DNA of 64,000 bases from Candidatus Melainabacteria bacterium 17Bon1m (GTDB lineage: Bacteria; Cyanobacteriota; Vampirovibrionia; Obscuribacterales; Obscuribacteraceae). Location: contig JAVLKG010000003.1 of assembly GCA_032128875.1 (NCBI GenBank), forward strand, positions 481,008-545,007. The letters are read 5' to 3'. Of the stretch, positions 18,079 to 28,992 are shown piece by piece. The position numbers and the translations under genes were made by a program. The notes below the pieces were generated by a model. It did not search any database and was not told the DNA's origin. It worked only from the letters and a program-made list of their open reading frames with translations. Position 1 is the stretch's first letter, and the number at the start of each line of letters is the position of its first letter.

Positions 18079-20741
18079 TCAAAATAGACTTGTATTTCGT
18101 CAAGTCGCTTTTTGACAGACTCTTGTGAATGTCGAGCTTTTACCAGCGCGTGTGCTGCCACCGCTTTCTTGTGAGCGATATTTGTATTATCGAGCGCGAA
18201 CTGGACTGCTTTTGCGTGTGCATCAATGTCGTCGAAGTTTTCAATGAGCCAGCCTGTTTGGTCAGTGACAAACTCTGTAATTCCACCCACTGCTGGAGCC
18301 ACAAGTGGCAATCCGCAAGCTGCTGCTTCCAGCAATACAATTGGAATGCCATCGCTTGAGGTTGTGTATAAAAATACGCTGACATTTGTTTTGTCGATGG
18401 AATCAAAACTTGGATAGGCGCCGAAATATCGAATGTTTGGTGTTTCGTTTAGACCTTTTAGAAAAACATCGGTGTCCGATTGAGTTCCTGTTTCGGCTGA
18501 TCCATAGACCAAAAATTCAACTTGCGGAAGTTTCTTTGCCACCTCGATAAGGATGTCGGGTCGCTTAGTATCTACCAGGCGGCTTGCCCAAAGAACTTGT
18601 TTGCCGGTGCGTGCTTCGGGAACCCCATACTTGTCGAGCAAAGGTTCAAGATTGAGCGAAGAGTTATAGCAGCACTCCGTAGTTTTATCCGGCAGTCGCC
18701 TTTCATCCAACATGCTGATTGCCAGGTCTTTCAATTTTTGATTGTCTGTGATTACACAATGAGCCCAATTCGTCGGTCCACAGTGAGGAACCTCATTGAG
18801 AGGCGCCGGTCCACCGGGAATGTATGCCTCATATCCAAACAAGAAATTGACGAACAAACTTTTTTGCTCCAGCATGTCGCGATATCTAACCGCGGAATAC
18901 AAATAACTGTATGCGTTTGAGCAGTATGTAACCTTTGGACGTTTTTCCATTATGAATGCCGTAACCAGCATTCCGCGGTCATTGAAATCGAGATCTGCAA
19001 GTTTTATCACATCGATGTAGCGAGTTCCCTCGGGAAGCCAATCTATGCACGTGTTTTCTTCGTATTCGGTAAACAGAATTAACAGGTTTTCTTTGCCGAG
19101 TTTTTCCTGAAGGTATTGAATGTAATTGCAAGCAGCCCTTTCGGCACCGCCGCGAACAAGACCGGGAATGAGGAAAAGATGCGTGAACTGCTTGGACGAT
19201 AGGTCCAGAAGTTTATGAAAAGCAATAGAGAGCACATCTTCTTTAGCATTTAATTTAGCTGAAATCGCTGCGCGGGAAAAGGGCTGTTGGACAGTGGAAA
19301 CACTCGCGCGCACCTTTTGATCCAGAAGCAGATAATGAGCTAGAGGACCGCCGTGAGTTTTTTCCGACTCCGGGTATTGCTCGAGATAATGCCGTATGTC
19401 AAAAAACGGATGTGTGCTGCCATTTATAGACAAGGGGTTACGCGCATAGTGCGTGAGCAAATTCAGTCCTTTCTCGACAGCCTCTTGATTCTGTGCTGCG
19501 AACCAGTCGACCTGGAAGAGACTGTTTGGAGCCAAATTCGCCGCTTCGCCGTACTTTATGTAATGAAGGAGAGCATGCCTTTTGATGTCTTTCAAATATG
19601 GCGCTTGCTTCAAATATAAATCAGGATCGAATAACGGATGCGGACTCGTAAACTTGCCTGACTCGGAATGCAGGCAGTGTGCGAGGGGATCTGGCGTAGC
19701 AATAACTCTCTCTTCGTCAGGGAGTTGACGCAAATAATACTGAGCATCAAATAGAGGATGCACGTGTGCCTTCAGATTGTCCTTTTGCAGCAAATAGTGC
19801 AGCAGAGGATTGGTCTGTGTAAGGCGCAAATGCAAATTGTGCTGGAGATAATATTCTGAGTCGAATAAGTCGTTTGGTGCAAACCTGCCTGTATAGCCCC
19901 ACAGAAGAAAATGTTCTAAAGGCGTACAACTCGCCTGTCTTGCTTCTTGATACTTGTGCAAGTAATCGAGCGTATTGAAGTATGGATGTGGATCGAGCGA
20001 CCTGCTTGCTTGCGTGACATAGTGTCGCAACGGATTGGTTTTTGCAAAGGCATCGCGTCCTTCGCCACTCTTTTCCATGTAGAAAGACGCATCAAACAAA
20101 GGATGCGGGTTGTACGCTTCCTTGCCCGTCGAGCGAATATAGTGCAAAAGTGGTGCTACGTCTTCGGGACAGTCGAGATCTGGATTTGACGTTAGGAAAT
20201 AGGTCACGTCAAACAATCTGTGAGGACTGAGTTTTTGTCCTTTTGCCAGATAGTGACCAATTGGTCCGAAGGGAAAATACTGCGCTTCTGGCGCCTGAGC
20301 TAAATAATAGTGAAGGTCGAAAAGTCCACTGTCTGCTATTTCTTCGATTTTGGAATCGAATGCTTCTCCGGACTTGCGATTGATATTTCCATTCTGAACA
20401 TAACTTTCAGCCGTGACGTATTGAAATACGTGCGGAAGACGAACTCTAAAGTATGCCCACGCGCAAAGAGTTGCTGGAAAGGCCAAAGCGCGTTTTACCC
20501 AGACGTTTTTTAGCGCGGCTGAACAAACAGGCTTTAGAGCGCTGGCTCCAGTGGCATCCAGCAGTCGGCTTAAACCTATGAAAGGACGTGTCAGGGTGCG
20601 CAGGTCCGCATGAATCTGATCGAGTTCTTTTCGAACGCTTTGATATTCGAAAAGCAACAGCTCGTATTTTGATTTCGCCGGCAGCGTTTCTTCTTCTTGC
20701 CCGTCAGCAACAGGCGTGGATGATGTTGTCTCTTGGTTCAT
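18075..20741 (-). CDS. Glycosyltransferase (GT4/GT-B) with an N-terminal array of about 38-aa repeats
   Basis: GGAERA, WASRL..KRPD, DGIPIVLLEAAACGLPLVAPAVGGITE; nine FDxxxY..PLxHY repeats. Confidence 0.85.
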   Translation of the reverse strand: MNQETTSSTPVADGQEEETLPAKSKYELLLFEYQSVRKELDQIHADLRTLTRPFIGLSRLLDATGASALKPVCSAALKNVWVKRALAFPATLCAWAYFRVRLPHVFQYVTAESYVQNGNINRKSGEAFDSKIEEIADSGLFDLHYYLAQAPEAQYFPFGPIGHYLAKGQKLSPHRLFDVTYFLTSNPDLDCPEDVAPLLHYIRSTGKEAYNPHPLFDASFYMEKSGEGRDAFAKTNPLRHYVTQASRSLDPHPYFNTLDYLHKYQEARQASCTPLEHFLLWGYTGRFAPNDLFDSEYYLQHNLHLRLTQTNPLLHYLLQKDNLKAHVHPLFDAQYYLRQLPDEERVIATPDPLAHCLHSESGKFTSPHPLFDPDLYLKQAPYLKDIKRHALLHYIKYGEAANLAPNSLFQVDWFAAQNQEAVEKGLNLLTHYARNPLSINGSTHPFFDIRHYLEQYPESEKTHGGPLAHYLLLDQKVRASVSTVQQPFSRAAISAKLNAKEDVLSIAFHKLLDLSSKQFTHLFLIPGLVRGGAERAACNYIQYLQEKLGKENLLILFTEYEENTCIDWLPEGTRYIDVIKLADLDFNDRGMLVTAFIMEKRPKVTYCSNAYSYLYSAVRYRDMLEQKSLFVNFLFGYEAYIPGGPAPLNEVPHCGPTNWAHCVITDNQKLKDLAISMLDERRLPDKTTECCYNSSLNLEPLLDKYGVPEARTGKQVLWASRLVDTKRPDILIEVAKKLPQVEFLVYGSAETGTQSDTDVFLKGLNETPNIRYFGAYPSFDSIDKTNVSVFLYTTSSDGIPIVLLEAAACGLPLVAPAVGGITEFVTDQTGWLIENFDDIDAHAKAVQFALDNTNIAHKKAVAAHALVKARHSQESVKKRLDEIQVYFD

Positions 20742-20826
20742 CTTTTTGAGAATGTTTGGCTCACGATGATGAGAATACCAACCAAATAATTGCAGTAATA
20801 GTGAATGAACTTAAGCAAAATTTCCT

Positions 20827-21852
20827 TTGCCAGCCAATTCTTACCGGTTTGGACTCCTGAATTTTGCATTACAATCGGCTCTGCCTTCACCGCCCCCTGA
20901 CGCAAAAGTGCCAAAACGTCCGCTGGTAACCGTTGTTACACCCACATTCAATCGCGAAGCCTTGCTTGGCGAAACGATTGAATCAATTTTGAACCAGGAT
21001 TTTGGAGAGTTTGAATATATTGTTATCGATGATGGGTCGACAGACGAAACGGCAAAATTGGTAACTAAATTCGGCGACAGAATCAAATACGTCTACCAAG
21101 AGAATCAGGGTGAGCGTGCGGCTGTAAACGCTGGCTGGGCAATGGCGTCCGGCGACTACTTTGCCATGGTGAGTTCTGATGACTTGATGCGCCCGAAATG
21201 GCTGTCCACTTGTATTGACTTTATGGAGGCAAATCCGCAAATTTTGGCAGCTTACCCTGACTGGACGATTATCGATAAATTGTCACAGCCGGTGCAGGAT
21301 GTAACTACATTCGACTATTCTATGAAGAATATGATCTCCTGGTTTCACGCATTTCCCGGTCCAGGAGCCATAATTCGGCGTTCTGCTGTGCAGCAATTCG
21401 TCCCTCTGCGAGAACAGAATTTGGTTTATTGTTCCGACATGTTGATGTGGTTTCGTCTGGCCTTGCACGGGGAATTTGCTCGCGTTCCACAGCTTCTTGC
21501 TACCTGGAGGCAGCATGGAGAATCGATAACCGTGAAAGGTTGCACTCTGGACAGAGCAAACGAGCTTGTCAGGATGGCTGGTAAATTTTTCCTAACCCCT
21601 GGGCTTTCGAATGAAGTTCTAGAGCTGAAGCCGCATAGCCTGGGCCGCGCATATGCTGTTGCGGCGGTCTTGACGAAGGATTCGCATCCGTATTGGTCGT
21701 TTTACTTCAGTCAGCGCATGGAAGCGCTTAAATGTTGGGATGAGGAGAATTTGCCGCTTGGGATTCGCATGGGAAAATTTGTCGACTTAAAAGGGTTGTT
21801 GCAGCGCAACATTTTTGTACGCTCAGATTGTCCGCACTTTCACAAAATCTAA
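20827..21852 (+). CDS. Glycosyltransferase family 2
   Basis: VTVVTPTFNRE, VIDDGSTD, NQGERAAVNAG and SSDD motifs. Confidence 0.9.
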   Translation: MPANSYRFGLLNFALQSALPSPPPDAKVPKRPLVTVVTPTFNREALLGETIESILNQDFGEFEYIVIDDGSTDETAKLVTKFGDRIKYVYQENQGERAAVNAGWAMASGDYFAMVSSDDLMRPKWLSTCIDFMEANPQILAAYPDWTIIDKLSQPVQDVTTFDYSMKNMISWFHAFPGPGAIIRRSAVQQFVPLREQNLVYCSDMLMWFRLALHGEFARVPQLLATWRQHGESITVKGCTLDRANELVRMAGKFFLTPGLSNEVLELKPHSLGRAYAVAAVLTKDSHPYWSFYFSQRMEALKCWDEENLPLGIRMGKFVDLKGLLQRNIFVRSDCPHFHKI

Positions 21853-21948
21853 ACTAAAACTTCCGTCAGCCGGGTACTTGAGAAAAACTAGACACAAAGC
21901 GTGTTTCTTTCGATAGTATTGAGCTTCTTTCAATCAAAAGCTAACCGA

Positions 21949-23052
21949 ATGGAAATTCTCATCACCGGCGGTACAGGGTTCGTCAGCTCTCACCTTGTTG
22001 CAGCGCTCTTAAAGGCTGGACATCGTGTGACAAGCTTTTCGCGTTCTGGCGAATTTGCATATTCGCTCTGTGACGATGCTCCGGTAGAAAACTTGCGCAT
22101 CGTTTGCGGTGATATTTCTAATCGATTGCTGCTTGCCGATTTAATGAAGGACGCTGAGGTCCTCATTCATAACGCTAGTGCAGTCGGCGCTCAAGGTATT
22201 CTTCGATCAAGCGATGAATACATTGACACCAATATTGGTGGCACTACCGGACTGTCGGAAATTTTGGCGAATAGTCCTCACAAGATCAAACATGTAATTC
22301 TCGGATCTTCTATCAGCGTCTATGGTGAAGGGAGTTACAATTGCGAAAAGTGTGGGTTGGTGCGTCCTGCTGTAAGGCGACGCAATAGTTGGAACAGTGA
22401 TGCTGGATGGAATCCGTCCTGCCCTAGTTGCCATGGCGTTGTTACTCCGACCGACACTAGAGAGGACGCCGCCAGAAACGGAGAGCATCTCTACGCGACG
22501 ACTAAAAAGTGCCAGGAAGATTTGCTTTCTTTGGCTGCAAACAGCGCTGAAATTCCGTTGACGATTTTTCGCTATGCAACTATTTACGGACCGGGTCAAA
22601 GACAGCGAAATCCATACATGCAAATGTTGGCAAAAATAGCGGACGGCAAGTCACCGGAAATCTCAGAAGACGGAAAACAGACTCGCGACTTTGTCTATGT
22701 TAGCGACGTTGTTGCTGTAAATTTATTGGCTCTGGAATCAACGTCTGCTTCTGTTCGTGTATTCAACATCGGCTCCGACCGCCCTACTTGCCTGAGAGAC
22801 TTTGTCTGTAATTTTTCCACTACGTGGGCGCGACTCAATGCAAGCGATGTGGTTGAACCGGTTGTGATGGAAACTCTCACTCCTGGGGACATTCGACATT
22901 GTAATGTTAATAGCAACTTGGCTGCAGAAGCGCTGGGATATCGCGCGCAAGTTTCGATGCAAGAGGGAATCGAACGGTTGTTGTCTTGGTACTCATCGCA
23001 AATCGATTCTGGCGCCGAGGCAATAACCTCGATGTTGAAGGTTCATAGGTAG
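21949..23052 (+). CDS. NAD-dependent epimerase/dehydratase (extended SDR)
   Basis: ITGGTGFV, SSISVYG, YATTK (YxxxK) and GKQTRDFVYVSDV motifs. Confidence 0.88.
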   Translation: MEILITGGTGFVSSHLVAALLKAGHRVTSFSRSGEFAYSLCDDAPVENLRIVCGDISNRLLLADLMKDAEVLIHNASAVGAQGILRSSDEYIDTNIGGTTGLSEILANSPHKIKHVILGSSISVYGEGSYNCEKCGLVRPAVRRRNSWNSDAGWNPSCPSCHGVVTPTDTREDAARNGEHLYATTKKCQEDLLSLAANSAEIPLTIFRYATIYGPGQRQRNPYMQMLAKIADGKSPEISEDGKQTRDFVYVSDVVAVNLLALESTSASVRVFNIGSDRPTCLRDFVCNFSTTWARLNASDVVEPVVMETLTPGDIRHCNVNSNLAAEALGYRAQVSMQEGIERLLSWYSSQIDSGAEAITSMLKVHR

Positions 23053-23067
23053 AGTGAAACTATTAGT

Positions 23068-24123
23068 ATGACTACTTCAACAATTGGCAAAGACGAACTG
23101 AAGAATGAGGGGGCAGAGCCCACATTTATATCTTCTTCTGAGGATAAATCTGCGCCTGTCGATCGCAATCGTGTGCTTGCTACAAGATTCACTTATGCTT
23201 TTACTCTCGTCGTTTCAATTCTCTTTCTCGTCAAATCCTCTGACAAGGCGTTTCTTGATGAGTGTGTTCGAATTTGCCAGAACATTCCAAATGTGGTGCA
23301 AGTCACTTGCGGCACAGAGCTAATCTTCAGCCCACTGTTCTTTATGGCATTGGGAATAACTTATGTTCTGGAAAAGTATATTCCGGCTCGCGAAGGTGGA
23401 GGAACATTCTCCCGCACTGCTTATTTAGATTCACAGTGGGCTGTTCCAAAGTTCTTGATATTCAGCAGCAGCTGGCTTTTGTACATTGCATTGCTGCGTG
23501 CTTTCTACAATCAGTATCTCGGATTTTTAACTATTCACGCTGTCGATAGTTGGCCGGAGTGGGCGAAGTTGGCAGTTGGTTTTGTTTGGACTGATTTCTT
23601 GAGATATATTTCGCACTACGCAAGACACAAGATTCAGACGTTTTGGACATTTCATGCTGTTCATCACAGTCAGAAAAATCTGAATTTCTTTACTGAATGG
23701 CGCAGCCACATCTTCGATGATGTCCTCAAATACACAATTGAAGCCATCCCACTTTTTATGCTTGACCAAAGTTTTGTTCAAGTCTTGTTTCTTAATAGAG
23801 CAATGTATTGGTACTCAGCGATTTATCACGGTAATATTCGCAGTAATTATGGTTGGCTTAAACATTTTCTGGTAACTCCTCAATACCATAGGTTGCACCA
23901 TTCAATACATCCGCATCATCGTGATTGCAATTTCGGTCTGGTTTTGACGGTGTGGGATCGAATGTTTGGAACCATGTACAAGAATCTCGACGAATTTCCA
24001 GGCACTGGAACAGAAGATGAATTCTTTCCCTACGATGAGGAAGAATCATCCAAAAGCTACTACTCGAGAACATTCTTCGAGCAGTTCTTCTATCCATTTA
24101 AGCTCCCAAGGATTCGTTCCTGA
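23068..24123 (+). CDS. Sterol desaturase / fatty acid hydroxylase family membrane di-iron protein
   Basis: His boxes HYARH, HAVHH, HGN and HRLHH; NFGLVLTVWDRMFGT. Confidence 0.88.
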   Translation: MTTSTIGKDELKNEGAEPTFISSSEDKSAPVDRNRVLATRFTYAFTLVVSILFLVKSSDKAFLDECVRICQNIPNVVQVTCGTELIFSPLFFMALGITYVLEKYIPAREGGGTFSRTAYLDSQWAVPKFLIFSSSWLLYIALLRAFYNQYLGFLTIHAVDSWPEWAKLAVGFVWTDFLRYISHYARHKIQTFWTFHAVHHSQKNLNFFTEWRSHIFDDVLKYTIEAIPLFMLDQSFVQVLFLNRAMYWYSAIYHGNIRSNYGWLKHFLVTPQYHRLHHSIHPHHRDCNFGLVLTVWDRMFGTMYKNLDEFPGTGTEDEFFPYDEEESSKSYYSRTFFEQFFYPFKLPRIRS

Positions 24124-24148
24124 GGGGAGGCAAGTTATTTCGGTGACG

Positions 24149-25915
24149 ATGCTACTTCAGGAAAAGCAACTTCTTAAAGATGACCGTGCAGACGGGTTTT
24201 CAGCAACTGTCGCGGAGTCTGATTCGAAGCACCCTGCTTCAGAACTCAGAAACCTTGATGCACTTACTTCGTTGCGGTTTTTTGCAGCCCTATTTGTTTT
24301 CCTGGCTCATGCGCACACAAGTGGTCTTCTCCACCTTGTTGCGACAAAGCGGGAGATGCATGCTTTCAGCGAGTCAGTTTGTTTTTTCTTCGTGCTCTCG
24401 GGTTTTGTACTTGCATACCGCTATAGAAATATGGATGGTTGGAAGAGTGTGTTGCAGTATTTTGGCAATAGACTGGCGCGCATCGCCCCGCTCTACTATT
24501 TGGCGGGTTTGACTTGCTTGGCCGTGCCGTGTCTTCTTCACTTTGCTGTGCCATCCAACGTATCTTTGTTTGCTTATCTATTCGCTTTGCAGGATTGGTT
24601 TACCACTGCTGAGGTTGGTTGGTTTATAAATCCACCGGCGCACAGTGTTTCTTCAGAAACCTTCTTCTATTTTGTCTTTCCATTACTGTTTTTGTTTGGC
24701 AGAGGGCGCCTAGCTATAACCGCATGCGCAGTCGTAGTCGCAGTGACGCTGACCTATCACTTCTGCGGTTTGAGCAGCAATCCGAAGAGTATGCAACCAA
24801 TTCTTGGTCTTGCATTCTTTTCCGGTGGCGTAGCGGTATTCGAATTGTATAAGCAGTTTGGAAATTCTCTGCGCCAGTTTGCTCACAAAGGTTTGCTGCC
24901 CCGATGCCTTTTCACTGTCGCGGAAATTGCTGTGCTGTTCTTTTGTGCCGATGTTGCCCTGCGCGTAGTTAACCAAGATTATTGGTTGATGGGACGCATA
25001 TTCTCTGGTGGTCCGCTTTTTGAATTGGCAACCTTGGCGGCTTTTGCTGCCTGCACCTTCGTTTTTGCGCTGGAAGCCGGTGCGGTAAGTCGAATTCTCA
25101 AAACGAGACCCCTGGTGGCTCTTGGTCATGCTTCTTATGCGCTGTTTTTGACGCACTACAGCATCATAATCTTGTTTAACTTGCTTCTAAAACCGCATTG
25201 TCCGCCACACTTGCAGGCACTGCTCGGGTGGCCTTGTCTGGCAGTTTCAATCGTTTTATCTCTATTCTTACGCCGGCATATTGAAGAACCATGCAGAGAG
25301 TTGCTGTCTGAGCTGACATTCAATTGGTTGAATGCGCGCTCGGAAAACCTCATCCGAACAAAAATGCCGTATTCGACAATTTGGAGAGGTCTATGTATTC
25401 ATTTATTTCTGCCCGCAATTGTTGTTCTATCGATTCTTCCTTGCTCTCAATTGTTATCTCACTGGTCTGCAGTGTTCAATACCAAAAATCAGTACCAACA
25501 GTGGAAATCGCTTAAACAGCCAATTGTCACTGGTAGTGCAAATATTCAGTTTGGAGATGAGGTCGAACTTCTCGGCGCGAAGATTGTTGCGGAAGAAGGC
25601 AAAACTTATTTGAAGACGATCTGGACATTGCGTCAAGACGTGAAACAGGAAGTTGGATTTTTAGCGACACATTTATTGGATTCGCGCAGGCAAATTGTGA
25701 AAAACCTCGATCATCCTCTTCTGCCGAGCGTATCCTCTACTTCTAAAGAGTCTATCTGGCAAGATGTCGTTGAAATTCCTCGTTTGCCTAATGTACGTGA
25801 ATTGGGGTTGGCTTTGTACGATCCAAAGGTAAAAATATGTGCTCCTGTTAAGGGTGGAAATACCGACTGGAACGGTCGTCGACTTGTAATTCCATTGAAT
25901 GAAACATTGAAATAA
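24149..25915 (+). CDS. Second acyltransferase-3 paralog with the same C-terminal domain
   Basis: LDALTSLRFFAALFVFLAH, FFFVLSGFVL, NRLARIAPLY and LGHASYALFLTH motifs. Confidence 0.85.
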   Translation: MLLQEKQLLKDDRADGFSATVAESDSKHPASELRNLDALTSLRFFAALFVFLAHAHTSGLLHLVATKREMHAFSESVCFFFVLSGFVLAYRYRNMDGWKSVLQYFGNRLARIAPLYYLAGLTCLAVPCLLHFAVPSNVSLFAYLFALQDWFTTAEVGWFINPPAHSVSSETFFYFVFPLLFLFGRGRLAITACAVVVAVTLTYHFCGLSSNPKSMQPILGLAFFSGGVAVFELYKQFGNSLRQFAHKGLLPRCLFTVAEIAVLFFCADVALRVVNQDYWLMGRIFSGGPLFELATLAAFAACTFVFALEAGAVSRILKTRPLVALGHASYALFLTHYSIIILFNLLLKPHCPPHLQALLGWPCLAVSIVLSLFLRRHIEEPCRELLSELTFNWLNARSENLIRTKMPYSTIWRGLCIHLFLPAIVVLSILPCSQLLSHWSAVFNTKNQYQQWKSLKQPIVTGSANIQFGDEVELLGAKIVAEEGKTYLKTIWTLRQDVKQEVGFLATHLLDSRRQIVKNLDHPLLPSVSSTSKESIWQDVVEIPRLPNVRELGLALYDPKVKICAPVKGGNTDWNGRRLVIPLNETLK

Positions 25916-25960
25916 AGGAAACCCGTGCTGTTCCAACCACGGCAGCACGGGTCCCTTTTT
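25915..25960. terminator. Likely bidirectional terminator between the acyltransferase and aceA
   Basis: ACCCGTGCTG ... CAGCACGGGT stem flanked by A-rich and T-rich tracts. Confidence 0.7.
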
Positions 25961-25974
25961 CAAAGCAACTTTTG

Positions 25975-27312
25975 CTATTTGGTTAGAACGACCAGTTGCT
26001 TATCTACACTTTTGGAATTGTCATTTTCGAACTGCGCTTCCTCGGTTGAGCCCTTGAGAGCTGAGGTCGATGCTGCACCGCCAGAGATGGTCATCAGAAC
26101 TTGGTCGAAATAGCCGGTTCCGACTTCTCTTTGATGGCGAACTGCAGTATATCCGAGGGGTTGCGATGCGAACTCTTCTTCTTGCAATTCGACATAAGCA
26201 GGCATGCCTTCGCGGGCGTAGCCGTGAGCGAGGTTGAACATGCTCATGTTTGTTGCGTGCCAGCCGGCAAGAGTAATGAACTGATACTTGTATCCGAGGT
26301 CGCCCAGCGTTTCGTTGAACTTGGCAATTGTTTTGTCGTCCAGGTTTTGCTTCCAGTTAAATGATGGGGAGCAATTGTAGGCGAGCAGTTTGCCGGGGAA
26401 TTTTTCGTGAATTGCAGCTGCGAATTCTTTTGCTTCTCCGAGGTCTGGTTTTGATGATTCGTACCAGACGAGATCCGCATAAGGCGCGTAAGCTAGGCCT
26501 CGTGCAATGGTAGTCTCGATGCCATTTTTAACTTGGTAGTAGCCTTCAAGAGTGCGCTTGCCTTGGATGAATTTTTGATCGACCGGGTCGATGTCTGATG
26601 TGAGAAGGGTGGCATCGAGTGCGTCAGTTCTAGCTACGATGATGGTCGGAACATCGAGCACGTCAGCAGCTAATCTAGCAGCTGTGAGAGTTCGCACGAA
26701 CTGGGAAGTGGGCACTAATACTTTGCCGCCGAGGTGTCCGCACTTCTTCTCTGAAGCTAATTGGTCTTCGAAGTGAACTCCCGAAGCACCAGCTTCGATC
26801 ATGCTCTTCATTAGTTCAAAAGCGTGAACGGGACCACCGAATCCTGCTTCTGCATCAGCCATGATAGGGACGAACCAGTTGCGCTCCGAGTTGCCTTCCG
26901 CTGATTCGATTTGGTCTGCACGCAACAATGCGCTGTTCAGGCGCTTTACCAATTCAGGAACACTGTTGGACGGATAGAGGCTTTGATCCGGGTAGGTCTG
27001 TTTGGAAACGTTTGCATCAGCGGCAACTTGCCAGCCGCTGAGATAGATGGACTTCAAACCGGCTTTGACCATTTGCACTGCTTGTGAGCCGTTCATGGCA
27101 CCAAGGGCAACGATGTGGTGTTCATTGTTCAGCAAATTCCAAAAGTGGCGAGCGCCCACTTTTGCAAGCGTGTGCTCGATGTCGATTGATGGGCGTAGTT
27201 TTACAACATCCAGAGCAGAGTAGTTTCTCGTAATCCCATGCCAGCGGGGGTTCGTCTGCCAGGCATCGTTCAGTTTGAGAGCTTGCTCTGCTTTGGATTG
27301 TTGCATCTTCAT
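25975..27312 (-). CDS. aceA: Isocitrate lyase
   Basis: [11 protein letters not shown] signature, [22 protein letters not shown] and [11 protein letters not shown]. Confidence 0.97.
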   Translation of the reverse strand: MKMQQSKAEQALKLNDAWQTNPRWHGITRNYSALDVVKLRPSIDIEHTLAKVGARHFWNLLNNEHHIVALGAMNGSQAVQMVKAGLKSIYLSGWQVAADANVSKQTYPDQSLYPSNSVPELVKRLNSALLRADQIESAEGNSERNWFVPIMADAEAGFGGPVHAFELMKSMIEAGASGVHFEDQLASEKKCGHLGGKVLVPTSQFVRTLTAARLAADVLDVPTIIVARTDALDATLLTSDIDPVDQKFIQGKRTLEGYYQVKNGIETTIARGLAYAPYADLVWYESSKPDLGEAKEFAAAIHEKFPGKLLAYNCSPSFNWKQNLDDKTIAKFNETLGDLGYKYQFITLAGWHATNMSMFNLAHGYAREGMPAYVELQEEEFASQPLGYTAVRHQREVGTGYFDQVLMTISGGAASTSALKGSTEEAQFENDNSKSVDKQLVVLTK

Positions 27313-27408
27313 ATCCTCGGAGTGTGTGGGAAGAATAGTTGGAACTTTTTTGCGTGCGCTATGTGCACGGTTTGGATTCTGCGTTTGGGTGCGGCAATGC
27401 GCCCTGAC

Positions 27409-28992
27409 TTAATTTTCTAAAAACGCGTATGCTGGGATGGTCAGAAAATCTTTGAACTCTTTGTTCAAAACTAAATCATCGAGAATCTTTTCTGCATCGG
27501 CGAAACGGTGTCCATCAAAGACTGCCAGCTTCGCAAGATGTTCTTGCTTTAGTTCTTGGTACAGACTTTCAGTAACTGGGTTGCCGTCGTCCATTTTTGT
27601 TTCTAAAGAAATCCACTGCCAGAGTTGAGCGCGTGAAATTTCGGCAGTTGCCGCATCTTCCATCAAGTTGTGGATGCCCGCCGCGCCGATGCCTCGCAGC
27701 CACGACTCGATGTACTGCAGACCTACATCGATGTTGCTCGATACTCCTTGTCGAGTCACCTTTGCGCCCTCGATTTTTGTGTTCAACAAATCCTTTGCGG
27801 AGGTTTCGAAATCGGATCTCAAATTGTGCTTTTGATTCATTCTGTCGCCGAGAGCATCGTCAAACACAGAGCGGGCGACTGGCACGAGGTCGGGGTGTGC
27901 GACCCAGGTGCCGTCGAAGCCATCGCCGGCTTCACGGGTTTTGTCCTCGGTGACTTTTGCGAATGCTTGTGCGTTTATTTCAGCATCTTTTCTGCTTGGT
28001 ATAAAGGCTGCCATTCCTCCGATTGCATGCGCGCCGCGTTTGTGGCAGGTTTTTACCAGTAGTTGTGCATAGGCTCTCATAAATGGAACCGCCATCGTGA
28101 CTTGCGAGCGATCCGGCAAGACGAAGTCTTTGTGTTGTCTGGTTTTTTTGATCAAACTAAAGATGTAGTCCCAGCGCCCCGCGTTCAGCGCTGCTGCGTG
28201 GTCTCTGAGTTCGTACAAGATCTCTTCCATCTCGAACGCCGCGAGAATGGTCTCGATAAGAACGGTGGCGCGGATGATACCACGAGGAATATTGAGATGG
28301 TTTTGAGCGAAGATAAAAACGTCATTCCAAAGCCGGGCTTCCAAGTGACTTTCCAGTTTCGGCAAATAAAAGTATGGTCCGCTGCCACCTTTAATCAGTT
28401 CTTCTGCGTTGTGGAAGAAGTAAAGACCGAAATCGAATAGAGAAGCTGAGCAAGGCTTGCCGTTGATTTCTAAATGTTCTTCCACCAGATGCCAGCCGCG
28501 CGGACGAATAACGAGCGTGGCGATCTGTTCGTTCAATTTATATTCTTTCCCTTCCGGGCTTGTGAAGGAAAGTCTTCTGCGAACAGCATCTATGCAATTG
28601 GCTTGACCGTCGATCACGTTGTGCCAGGTGGGCGAGAGGGCATCTTCAAAGTCGGCCATGAAGACCTTGGCGCCGGAGTTGAGAGCGTTGATCATCATCT
28701 TGCGCTCTACCGGACCGGTGATTTCCACGCGCCGATCTCTGAGATCCAGCGCTGCCGGACCAACTTGCCATTCGCTATCGCGAATCTCTTGAGTTTCGGG
28801 CAGAAAGTTAGGCAGAACACCGCTGTTGATGGCCTTCTGCCTTTCTGCCCTCATTTGAAGCAATTCTTCGCGCCTTGCGTTGAAGCGCTCGTGGAGCGCG
28901 GCGAGAAATTTCTTTGCTTCCGGAGTGAGGATTCTCTCAACTGTTTCAGTCGTTGCGCCTATGACTTTTATGTTTTCCATAAGTACTGCCAT
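27409..28992 (-). CDS. aceB: Malate synthase A
   Basis: [31 protein letters not shown] and [18 protein letters not shown]. Confidence 0.97.
   Translation of the reverse strand: MAVLMENIKVIGATTETVERILTPEAKKFLAALHERFNARREELLQMRAERQKAINSGVLPNFLPETQEIRDSEWQVGPAALDLRDRRVEITGPVERKMMINALNSGAKVFMADFEDALSPTWHNVIDGQANCIDAVRRRLSFTSPEGKEYKLNEQIATLVIRPRGWHLVEEHLEINGKPCSASLFDFGLYFFHNAEELIKGGSGPYFYLPKLESHLEARLWNDVFIFAQNHLNIPRGIIRATVLIETILAAFEMEEILYELRDHAAALNAGRWDYIFSLIKKTRQHKDFVLPDRSQVTMAVPFMRAYAQLLVKTCHKRGAHAIGGMAAFIPSRKDAEINAQAFAKVTEDKTREAGDGFDGTWVAHPDLVPVARSVFDDALGDRMNQKHNLRSDFETSAKDLLNTKIEGAKVTRQGVSSNIDVGLQYIESWLRGIGAAGIHNLMEDAATAEISRAQLWQWISLETKMDDGNPVTESLYQELKQEHLAKLAVFDGHRFADAEKILDDLVLNKEFKDFLTIPAYAFLEN

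Noticed and set aside
23966-24148. Long overlap of the second acyltransferase with the desaturase gene
   Set aside because: Comparison with the paralog supports a start near 24149, which removes the overlap
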